Position numbers and translations under genes: made by a program. From positions 20,617-84,616 of IMG/VR virus record IMGVR_UViG_3300016263_001265: a stretch of 64,000 nucleotides of DNA. One strand, written 5' to 3'. Origin of the DNA: a virus (lineage: Duplodnaviria; Caudoviricetes). The notes below the pieces were generated by a model. The model was not told the origin of the DNA and did no database searches. It saw only the letters and a program-made list of their open reading frames with translations. Positions 7,660 to 15,723 of the stretch are shown piece by piece (position 1 is the stretch's first letter; each line of letters begins with the position of its first letter).

Positions 7660-9826
7660 TTCTTTCTTTCGCCTCGACAGATCTCATTACCTTGTTTGAC
7701 CATGCCTTCCCCGGGTCTCCGCCCCAGAGTGCCCAGGCGATTCTGCCAGCAGAGGGGAATCCCTTTTGGCCTGGTGCCCATCCCTCTCCGCGCTTGTCAA
7801 CCTCGTGCCTGGCAAGGTAAGAGCGCATCTTTCTAACTCTGGCAATCGTCATCTTGTTGCCGATGAGCATTCGTGCGGTCTGCTGGCCAGGGCCAATTCC
7901 TCCGCGGCCAAACTCTCTTCTCCAATCAAGGCCACGACGCGCTTCTGACTTGACCCCAGATGGCACGTTCAGGTTTATTCCGTCTGCGTTTTGCTTTTCA
8001 ACATTTGCAATATTTTTTGCATTCGGATAGGAGGCGGCATATGCCTTTGCGATCTCTTTGTCCTCGTCATAGAAGGCTACGATTTCGTATCCGTTTCTTG
8101 CCGCCTTCTGGGCCTCGTATCGCTTGAACTGCAGCGTTGCATCTGAAGGGAACGTGTTTGGAATGACCTCTTCTACCCTGATTCCGCAATCCTCCATCAT
8201 GCCCTTGACCGCTTCGTTGTCGATCTTTGACTTCGTGATCGCAATGACGTGAACACCGGCTTCGATGTACATGTCAATTTCATCTATGACCTCAGAGGGG
8301 CAGTTTTCGCTTGCCACGTCGTCTGACTCGATAATGATCGCGGACTTCTTTCCCGATTGCTGTCTTGCATTCATATCTGGATTTGGCCTTTCTTCAAGCT
8401 GGTCTTTTCCTTGTGCACCCGGGCCGCCCCTCTCGTTGCCGCCAGGGCCTGGCTCGCCACCAACAGGCTCTGGGTTGCTCGGGTCTCCAACCTTGCCCTT
8501 GAGGTACAGCTCGTAATACCTCAAAGGCATGTAGCCCAACGGGCTTGGCATCCAGATCTCGTTGCCCAAATCGCCAACGGAATCCTGTCCGCGCTCCTTG
8601 AGCGCGTCATTGAGCCTGAGCCACGGCAGGCCAGCAAGCGCTGCCTTGTAGTAGTCCGCAACCGCCTGTGCCGACTCCCTGCCGACATCCGTGTATACAA
8701 ACCTAAGGTTTTTGTCGTACAACCAGACGATCTCGCGGGTAATGTAATCCGCGATCAGCTCGCATAGCGGTGCGATACCGTTGTCGGCAGTGAATGCCGC
8801 GCCGTACTCGGATGTGCTCTTGTTAACGTCAAAGTTCAAGCCGATGTCTTGCGGCTGCACGCCAAACACGGCACAGATCTTCCTCGCGAGGTAGATCTGC
8901 CATTCCATGAACTGCATGTCGCGGTTTGACTGGGCCATTGGAATCCACTTAACGCCCTTACCACCACCAGTAATGGCCGTCTGGCTCTTTCCGGCAATTT
9001 CGCCTTCCCAATATGACTTGAATGCGTCGACCTGGTCTGGCCTCACGCCCTCGCCCAAATCGATAATTCCAGGAGGCGTTGCCTGCTCGACAATGTTGTT
9101 GTTGTATTTCGCGGCCCTAAGATCCGCCTCAATTGTCTCCGCAAGGACTTCCAGCGGTGAGAGCCCAAGCGGGGAATACGTTACCTTGTTGGCAACAATG
9201 ACAACCATCTCTTCGTTCTTGTATTCGGCAACGACCTTGCCGGTGTCGTCGTATTCGTAGTACCTTGGCTTCTTGATGTTTGAGCCGTCCCAATTTGGAT
9301 CAAAAGCAATCCTTGATCCGTCTTTTGGCCAAAGGTTTTTGATCGGGTCCGAAGACTTTCCGGCTCGCGCCCCGACCGTCAGCTCCTTTTCAATGCATCC
9401 CTGATCAAGAACAAGAATGTCTTCGACAATCGGCTCAATGAAAGATCTCCACGAATCCATTCTTGTATTTGGATCTCTTAAGAGCGTTTTAATCTTCTCT
9501 ACAGCAACTGCGTTTGGCGTATTTTCTCCGTCAACCGTGACAATGTCCCACCTGGCCCTGCTGATCTGCTGTCTTCTAAGATTGATGGCGGCACGAATCC
9601 AGGGGTTGTTTCGCGACCACTTTCGCAGCATGTTGACAGATCGTTTCTGCACTGCGCTTTGACCGGCACCTCGCGCGTACGGCTGCGCGTCATAATTAGG
9701 AATAAGAATTGCGTCTTTTATGGCCTCAACATCTGCTGCGGCTTGCGTTTCTGTTTGGGTGCGCTTAATGCGCTCCCACGGCATCATTACCACGTAATCT
9801 GCTCCTTCGGCTTTCTTGTTCGCCAA
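7646..9826 (-). CDS. portal protein with C-terminal accessory domains
   Basis: HK97-like portal motifs (GLSPLEVLAETI, PPGII, FKSYWE, DMQFMEWQIYLARKICAVFGVQPQDIG, LRLNDALKERG) followed by about 280 extra aa. Confidence 0.92.
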   Translation of the reverse strand: MANKKAEGADYVVMMPWERIKRTQTETQAAADVEAIKDAILIPNYDAQPYARGAGQSAVQKRSVNMLRKWSRNNPWIRAAINLRRQQISRARWDIVTVDGENTPNAVAVEKIKTLLRDPNTRMDSWRSFIEPIVEDILVLDQGCIEKELTVGARAGKSSDPIKNLWPKDGSRIAFDPNWDGSNIKKPRYYEYDDTGKVVAEYKNEEMVVIVANKVTYSPLGLSPLEVLAETIEADLRAAKYNNNIVEQATPPGIIDLGEGVRPDQVDAFKSYWEGEIAGKSQTAITGGGKGVKWIPMAQSNRDMQFMEWQIYLARKICAVFGVQPQDIGLNFDVNKSTSEYGAAFTADNGIAPLCELIADYITREIVWLYDKNLRFVYTDVGRESAQAVADYYKAALAGLPWLRLNDALKERGQDSVGDLGNEIWMPSPLGYMPLRYYELYLKGKVGDPSNPEPVGGEPGPGGNERGGPGAQGKDQLEERPNPDMNARQQSGKKSAIIIESDDVASENCPSEVIDEIDMYIEAGVHVIAITKSKIDNEAVKGMMEDCGIRVEEVIPNTFPSDATLQFKRYEAQKAARNGYEIVAFYDEDKEIAKAYAASYPNAKNIANVEKQNADGINLNVPSGVKSEARRGLDWRREFGRGGIGPGQQTARMLIGNKMTIARVRKMRSYLARHEVDKRGEGWAPGQKGFPSAGRIAWALWGGDPGKAWSNKVMRSVEAKERNGKS

Positions 9827-10026
9827 GATCTAATTGCACTAGTAATTGCTGTCTGATCAAGGTCTTTGTTTACAATCTGTCTAGCCTCTGTGTAATTGAA
9901 TGGTATCATACGAACCCCGTCTACCATTCCTATTCCGCGAAAAGATGGGAGCCTAGACCACCACTTTGGCACGACGTATCTCCCGTCTTCAAATTGCATT
10001 TCTACGCTTTCGCTGATATCAAGCAT
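9787..10026 (-). CDS. hypothetical protein
   Basis: ORF bridging the 10019-10558 gene and the portal. Confidence 0.45.
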   Translation of the reverse strand: MLDISESVEMQFEDGRYVVPKWWSRLPSFRGIGMVDGVRMIPFNYTEARQIVNKDLDQTAITSAIRSWRTRKPKEQITW

Positions 10027-10558
10027 TTTCCTCTTCGTCCTCGGACATCATTTCCGACAGTGCATCTGGAGATATGTCGAGCCTCGCAATATCTTCCGGA
10101 TCAAGGGGGTTTTCTTCCCTGAACTTTTTCCAAAAACCATCATAAACCTTATCATCCTCATCTGCCACCCTGACCAATTCTTCTTCAACATGCCTTTGAT
10201 ACTTGATCTGCTGGGGCACGCTTCTCTTGAGCCTTGCGAGAAGCTTGTGGCAGTCGGCACACACTGCGTACCGCTTTTGGCCCTTTGCCCTGGGGACCAT
10301 TGGCTCCGGTATCAGGTCAATCTCCATGTGGTCAGAGCCGACCATGATCGTGCACAGCGCGCACCTTGGGTGGGCCCTATGTATCTCCTCATACCTTTTC
10401 ATGATCGGGGTGAGGGTTTTCTGTATCTTCCTCATGGCAAGGACGACCTCAATGAGGCCGCTTTCGGCCTCGTTTAGCTCCTTGCACAGGCGGCACTTGA
10501 CTGCCGTTTTTTCACACATGCTGACAGTATACACATATCCATGCATCTTGTCTAACAT
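10019..10558 (-). CDS. hypothetical Zn-binding protein
   Basis: CRLC, CALC and CADC motifs with an acidic tail; first gene of the portal unit. Confidence 0.55.
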   Translation of the reverse strand: MLDKMHGYVYTVSMCEKTAVKCRLCKELNEAESGLIEVVLAMRKIQKTLTPIMKRYEEIHRAHPRCALCTIMVGSDHMEIDLIPEPMVPRAKGQKRYAVCADCHKLLARLKRSVPQQIKYQRHVEEELVRVADEDDKVYDGFWKKFREENPLDPEDIARLDISPDALSEMMSEDEEENA

Positions 10559-10718
10559 TTGGTGTATTATTATGCGTAGGAATCAATAGCCTTGAAATTT
10601 GAAGCTATTAGGGGGATTATTCAGTGGTGCTTATACGGGACTATCTACTGACACAGTCGTCTACCAGCCTGCCTGGTAGGCCTGTCCAAATAGCAACCAA
10701 TCACGGTAGCCGGGGGAT

Positions 10719-12779
10719 ATGATTTTGGACTTCAAGATTTACACCAACGCCCTTAAGGCATACGAGTCAGAAGAGGGTGAAAAGTTCGTTTCGGGAACCA
10801 CATCATCAACCATTAGGGATCTCCATGGAGACGAGATGTCTCTTGATGCCCTTAAGAGCATGGCGGACACCGCAAGACAGAACATGACGGTGTTTCTAAA
10901 TCACAACTACAATGTTCCAGAGGATCTTTTTGGCTCAGCTACAAGCGCAGATATTGTTAAGCGATACGACCAAGAAAGTGGCCAGGAAGTATATGACCTC
11001 GATCTCAACATCCGCGTTGTTGGCGAGGATGAAAACCCAGAGGCAATGCGAGCGTATCGCGCAATAAAGAGAGGCGTAAAGCTTGGATTGTCCATTGGCG
11101 CAAGAGTTGAGAAGGCAAAGAGAAAGGCCGCAGAAGATGGCAAACCTGAATCAATCTTGATTGAGAAAGTGAGGCTTCTCGAAGCCAGCGTTGTTGGCAT
11201 TCCAGCCAATCAGAGATCCTATCTGCAAAATGCCGTCAAGAGCCTGAAGTCTGCAACGGAAATTGACAGCGATGTCTTCGTTGACGAGCCGTCAGACGAG
11301 AAGGCCGCGAAGTACAGTGTTGGCGACATGGTTCGCTGGGGGTCAAGCGGCGGCGATGCCACCGGCAAGATCACAAAGATAGTTTCAAACGGCAAACTTG
11401 ATGTGCCAGGCTCTTCATTTACAATAAACGGAACACCAGATGACCCGGCCGTCTTGATCCGCGTCTACAGAGACGGAAAGCCAACAGAAACTCTTGTTGG
11501 CCACAAGATGTCAACTCTTAGAAGCGCCAAGGACGCTGTTGAGGTAATCGACTCGGTAAAGGCTGTTGAGGTTGAGGGTGAAACTTCCCCCGAGAAGGCG
11601 CCGCTTGTCGGTGCGCTTTACAACCTTCTTGCCGAGGCCACTGCATTCTATCTTAAGGCTCACGGCGCCCATTGGAATGTTATTGGCGATGACTTCGCCA
11701 CCTATCATGATCTTTTTGGTGAAATCTATGAGGATGTGCACGGGTCTCTTGATCCGATTGCAGAAAGCCTCAGAAAGCTCAACTCTCCGGCGCCCGCTGA
11801 GTTGAAGGATCTTGCCAGAATGACAGTTTCCAGCGAAATTGCCGAGGATTATGAGGCCGAGAGCCTTGCCGCGGCACTTTATGCTGCAAACGAGTCCCTT
11901 ATTGAGGTGATTATGGTTGCCTTCAAGGCTGCCACCGATCAAAACCAGCAAGGGATTGCAAACTTCCTGGCAGAGCGTCAGGACATGCACCAGAAGTGGT
12001 CATGGCAGCTTCGCTCCTCGCTTGCCGAGGAATCCGAAGAGGAAACCGACGGAGTGTCGGGTGAACAGTCCGATGAAAATAGCGACGAGCAGGAGAAAAA
12101 TATGGACAACGATTTGGAGAAGAAGACTCGCGTCACCGTCACGGTAAGCACCGACGGCGACGAGAAGCAGCCAGCGGCAGTCGCCGCGCAGCCAGAAGCA
12201 GCTGACCAGGATGTCACAGAGGACAAAGAAGAGGTCAAGGCTTCTGCTGAGCCGGGTGACGGCGAGGCGGCAGAAACTGTTGAAGAGGAAGTCGCGGCAG
12301 AGGAGACCGAGAAGGATCCATCTGTCGAGGCCCTTGAGGCGCTTGGCGCCACGCTTGTCGAAGCCGAGAAGTCGGCCGACGGCGAAAATGAATCGTCCGC
12401 ACAGCCAGAAGTGGCCGAGGCGGAAGTTGTTGCCGGGGCGGCCGAAGAGGTCGTTGCGGCGGCGGAGAATGTCGAGGCTGACGAGGCCCCGTCGATAGAC
12501 GAGGTTAAGTCAATCGCAAAGTCCGCTCTCGATGCAGCCAATGCTGCCCACGAGGAGGTCGCTGCCCTTTCGGCAAAGGTGACCGAACTTGCTGAGGCCA
12601 AGGCCAAGGTCGAAGAGGATCTTTCGAAGGCGCTGGACCTTATTGAGCGCATTAGCGCACTTGGGGTTGGCCGAAAGTCTTATGACCGTCCGCAGGAAGT
12701 TCGTGTGAAGTCACCGGAGCTTGCTCCGTGGCTGAGCCCATATGTACAGCGCGTTCTTGAAGCGCGCGATGAGGAGTAA
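10719..12779 (+). CDS. prohead protease-scaffold polyprotein with Tudor-like and Dps domains
   Basis: HK97-type protease motifs (RDLHGD, FLNHN, GLSIG, LLEASVVGIPAN) in the first ~175 aa; KYSVGDMVRW...VGHKMSTL domain; Dps motif HWNV...H...D-x-x-x-E; acidic coiled scaffold-like C-terminus. Confidence 0.92.
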   Translation: MILDFKIYTNALKAYESEEGEKFVSGTTSSTIRDLHGDEMSLDALKSMADTARQNMTVFLNHNYNVPEDLFGSATSADIVKRYDQESGQEVYDLDLNIRVVGEDENPEAMRAYRAIKRGVKLGLSIGARVEKAKRKAAEDGKPESILIEKVRLLEASVVGIPANQRSYLQNAVKSLKSATEIDSDVFVDEPSDEKAAKYSVGDMVRWGSSGGDATGKITKIVSNGKLDVPGSSFTINGTPDDPAVLIRVYRDGKPTETLVGHKMSTLRSAKDAVEVIDSVKAVEVEGETSPEKAPLVGALYNLLAEATAFYLKAHGAHWNVIGDDFATYHDLFGEIYEDVHGSLDPIAESLRKLNSPAPAELKDLARMTVSSEIAEDYEAESLAAALYAANESLIEVIMVAFKAATDQNQQGIANFLAERQDMHQKWSWQLRSSLAEESEEETDGVSGEQSDENSDEQEKNMDNDLEKKTRVTVTVSTDGDEKQPAAVAAQPEAADQDVTEDKEEVKASAEPGDGEAAETVEEEVAAEETEKDPSVEALEALGATLVEAEKSADGENESSAQPEVAEAEVVAGAAEEVVAAAENVEADEAPSIDEVKSIAKSALDAANAAHEEVAALSAKVTELAEAKAKVEEDLSKALDLIERISALGVGRKSYDRPQEVRVKSPELAPWLSPYVQRVLEARDEE

Positions 12780-12782
12780 AAA

Positions 12783-14018
12783 ATGTCTGAAGTAAGAGAG
12801 AAGCTTCAGGACGTTGCTAAGGGACTTGATTCCCTTAATGACGCCCCGATTGGCAGAGAAATCGATACGGAGAAGAAGTCATCGTTCGATCCCGCCGAGG
12901 CCTTCGCCGTTCAGCGCGAGCTTCGCAAGAAGTTCTCAAAGCTGTCGACGATCGAGCTCAACGAGATGCTCGATGTTCAGGCCTCGACCCAGGCTGGCAA
13001 GCAGGCTGACTCAGCCGTGCTCAATCAGCTTGCGATGTCGAACCCACAGATTGCAAAGGCCCTTGATAGCTCGGCCGGTACGGCGCTTATCCGCCAGGAC
13101 CTCGAGCCAATCCTTTACAGCCTGTTTGTAAAGAAGTTCCCGTTCTTTGAGCGCATCCGCAAGGAGCCTGCAAACGGCCTCGTGCATGCGTTCAACCAGC
13201 AGACCGCCTACGGCGACGCAGTCTTCCAGACGGAGACCGGCACCGTGACGGACGATACCGCGACCTACAGCCGCCAGACGACCAATGTGGCCGTTCTTGC
13301 GACCCGCCGTGGTATCACGCTCAAGAATCAGTTTGCGCTTGGCCAGGGCGGCTCGCCGTTCAATGGCCTTTCGCAGGAGCTTGGCAGCGGCGTGACCGCC
13401 ATTGCGCACAAGCTTCAGAAGACCCTGTTCCAGGGCAACGCAACCGTCACGGCGAGCGCCGGATCCAACACCGAGCTTGGTGCTTATGACGCCAACTCGT
13501 TTGATGGTCTCCGCAAGCTCCTCGGGACGGCCGCCTCGGCTGGCAACGAGATCGTTGGCAAGGGTACGGCTTCGTACCTCTCGACGATCAACACGGCCGT
13601 CGCTGGTGTTCTGGACAACGGTGGCGCTCCGTCGGCCATCGTCTGCACCCCAACCGACTACGCTGGCCTTGTAAACGAGCTTACAAACCTCGTCCGCTAC
13701 AATGCCCCGTCGCAGGTTGACCAGGCTGCAGGCGCAACCTTCGGTTCGGTTGTAACGGCTGCGGGTTCACTCCCGATTCTTGCCGTTCCAGGCGATGCCA
13801 TTGGTCAGTACGCAATCTCCAGCACGGACTACCGCGATCTTTACATCGTGGACGAATCCGGATGGTCGATGCCATACCTCGGATCTGACTCGATCACGAC
13901 GCTCGAGATTCCGATTGGTGTCAACGGTGCCCTTACGCGCCTCTACATCATGTATGTGATGTTCGGGTTTGCCAACAAGGCCCCGCAGTTCCAGGCGAAG
14001 GTTCGCGTCACGGTCTAA
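12783..14018 (+). CDS. major capsid protein (HK97 fold)
   Basis: 411 aa directly after the protease; LIRQDLEP, FDGLRKL, PSAIVCTP, F-x-N-K-A-P motifs; GC-rich codon usage. Confidence 0.92.
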   Translation: MSEVREKLQDVAKGLDSLNDAPIGREIDTEKKSSFDPAEAFAVQRELRKKFSKLSTIELNEMLDVQASTQAGKQADSAVLNQLAMSNPQIAKALDSSAGTALIRQDLEPILYSLFVKKFPFFERIRKEPANGLVHAFNQQTAYGDAVFQTETGTVTDDTATYSRQTTNVAVLATRRGITLKNQFALGQGGSPFNGLSQELGSGVTAIAHKLQKTLFQGNATVTASAGSNTELGAYDANSFDGLRKLLGTAASAGNEIVGKGTASYLSTINTAVAGVLDNGGAPSAIVCTPTDYAGLVNELTNLVRYNAPSQVDQAAGATFGSVVTAAGSLPILAVPGDAIGQYAISSTDYRDLYIVDESGWSMPYLGSDSITTLEIPIGVNGALTRLYIMYVMFGFANKAPQFQAKVRVTV

Positions 14019-14031
14019 TCTAGTTTGCTGA

Positions 14032-14059
14032 ATGGGCCCCAGGGAGACCTGGGGCCCAT
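14032..14059 (+). terminator. perfect 12-bp hairpin with GAGA loop after the capsid gene
   Basis: ATGGGCCCCAGG-GAGA-CCTGGGGCCCAT; no U-tract follows, so terminator function is uncertain. Confidence 0.55.
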
Positions 14060-14079
14060 AAGGCAAGAGGGAGCATAAA

Positions 14080-14397
14080 ATGTTTGACGATAAGAAGGAA
14101 GCTCCTGCAGTAGATTCCTCGGCAGTTGCCAAGAAGGCCGTAAACGCGGCCAAGGCGGCGGTTGCCGACGACCAGATTGTCAAGGTTCGCACCCACGATG
14201 GTCTTTCTTCAATTGTTTTCGGTGACGGGACAATGGCAAGATTCCATCTTGGAGTTGCCAACATCAAGGCAAAGTATCTCGTTCAGGCGGTTGCCCAGGG
14301 CTGCACAGTTGAATCTGACGCACCGGCGGCAAAGCCAGAAGCGCTCAGCGCGGCACAAAAGGCCGAGCTGGAAAAGGTCTTTGGGAAGTCTGAGTAA
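14080..14397 (+). CDS. hypothetical head-associated protein
   Basis: GAGGGAG RBS; Ala/Lys-rich ORF between the capsid and adaptor genes. Confidence 0.6.
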   Translation: MFDDKKEAPAVDSSAVAKKAVNAAKAAVADDQIVKVRTHDGLSSIVFGDGTMARFHLGVANIKAKYLVQAVAQGCTVESDAPAAKPEALSAAQKAELEKVFGKSE

Positions 14398-14416
14398 TCA
14401 ATTTCAGTAGCTTGTG

Positions 14417-14459
14417 ATGGGGCTCGCAGGACCTATTTTAGGTGATTTGCGGGCCCCAT
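14417..14459 (+). terminator. extended hairpin (terminator or processing site)
   Basis: ATGGGGCTCGCA pairs with TGCGGGCCCCAT (one G-U) around the inner hairpin ACCTA-TTT-TAGGT. Confidence 0.5.
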
Positions 14460-14470
14460 TGCTTTAGGAT

Positions 14471-15391
14471 GTGAGCATGACAAGAATTACAATCAACATC
14501 ACGGATCCGACATCTGCGGCTGCGACTTACACGCACATACAGGTTGGCAGGGCGTCGAGCGAGGATGACGCCAATTCTCAGTCTGGAAGCTTTGTAAATC
14601 TTGGGTCTGTTGCGACCCTGAACCAGTATGTTGGCGTATACCAGCACATAGACTCTGGATCTCCGGTCGGATACTGGTACGTGTACAGGCTCTGGTCATC
14701 TAGCTCTGCTGGCTCATGGTCTTCCGCATTTCAGGGCAAAGAGCTTGGGTATATTACCGTGTCGGAGCTAAGAGACTACGAGATCGGCGCGCTTTCAATG
14801 CCTGACGGGACCGAGTCAACCGACAACAGGCTTGAAAGACTCATATCCGTTGCATCTTCAATGGTTGACAGTTACTGCGGTTTCTCCTTCCAGTATATGG
14901 AGTCAACAGAGCAGCACAGCTGGGATCAAAACACAAGAAGGGTATATCCCTACAATAGTCCGATCATCTCAGTAGAATCCCTTGAGGTTTTTGTCAGCAA
15001 CCAGCAAAAGGCCACCTTCAGCACAAATGACCTTTTTGTAAACACATCCCAGAACTACGTTGAAGTCACCAGCCTTGCCAACGTCACGTATTCTCTTTTC
15101 CCGGCAATAGTCGCACTTGGGCTCATCCAGCCGGTTGCAAAATTGACGTATAGACACGGGTTCAAGGTAACTCCACACGAAATAAAAGACGCAACCGCCC
15201 TCATCGCCATAGACCTTGCGGCAAGAGACTCGCTGTACCAAAGTGGCATGGGCCTGCTGACCAAGCTGACGGTAGGGGATACAACGATGGAGCGCCTGCC
15301 GCAGGTTGCTGCCGGTAGGTACTCTGCCCTATCCGTTCCGCCAACCGCGGCCGCAATCCTTGATCAATACATCTCGGTGTCCCTGAGATGA
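14471..15391 (+). CDS. head-tail adaptor protein with extra N-terminal beta domain
   Basis: YITVSELR...LERLISVASSMVDSYCG...P-HEIKDATALIA...AILDQY gp6/gp15-like pattern starting near aa 95. Confidence 0.75.
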   Translation: MSMTRITINITDPTSAAATYTHIQVGRASSEDDANSQSGSFVNLGSVATLNQYVGVYQHIDSGSPVGYWYVYRLWSSSSAGSWSSAFQGKELGYITVSELRDYEIGALSMPDGTESTDNRLERLISVASSMVDSYCGFSFQYMESTEQHSWDQNTRRVYPYNSPIISVESLEVFVSNQQKATFSTNDLFVNTSQNYVEVTSLANVTYSLFPAIVALGLIQPVAKLTYRHGFKVTPHEIKDATALIAIDLAARDSLYQSGMGLLTKLTVGDTTMERLPQVAAGRYSALSVPPTAAAILDQYISVSLR

Positions 15392-15723
15392 TTCCTGGAG
15401 CTATGGCAAAGGTCACCCTTAAAAGAAAGGGCCTGTCAAGCCAGGCGGCAGACGGAACGCCCATCACAACAGAAGAGATCATTTGGATCAAGAATTGTCA
15501 CTATCAATCCCTGAGGGAAGACGGAAGCAGGGAGCGAGCAACGCCAACCGGACCGGCATCAAAGCAACTGTATCGATTTTGGACCCCGTACCTCACCGGA
15601 AGAGAGAGGCCAAAGGTAGACGACAGGATGGAAACGGAAGGCCTCGAATTCCGCGTCATTGCGCTGGACTTCGAGGCCATCCGACACCATCTTCTTATCA
15701 GAGCGGAACGAATCGAGCGTTAG
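15388..15723 (+). CDS. head closure (stopper) protein
   Basis: Overlaps the adaptor stop; VTLKR...PKVDDRM...FRVIALD pattern. Confidence 0.65.
   Translation: MIPGAMAKVTLKRKGLSSQAADGTPITTEEIIWIKNCHYQSLREDGSRERATPTGPASKQLYRFWTPYLTGRERPKVDDRMETEGLEFRVIALDFEAIRHHLLIRAERIER

Noticed and set aside
10585-10609. Imperfect palindrome in the portal/protease divergent region as an operator
   Set aside because: Only the 6-bp outer arms are perfect and no second copy was found; too weak to call
11978-12652. 224-aa minus-strand Ser/Ala-rich ORF
   Set aside because: Antisense shadow of the acidic scaffold region
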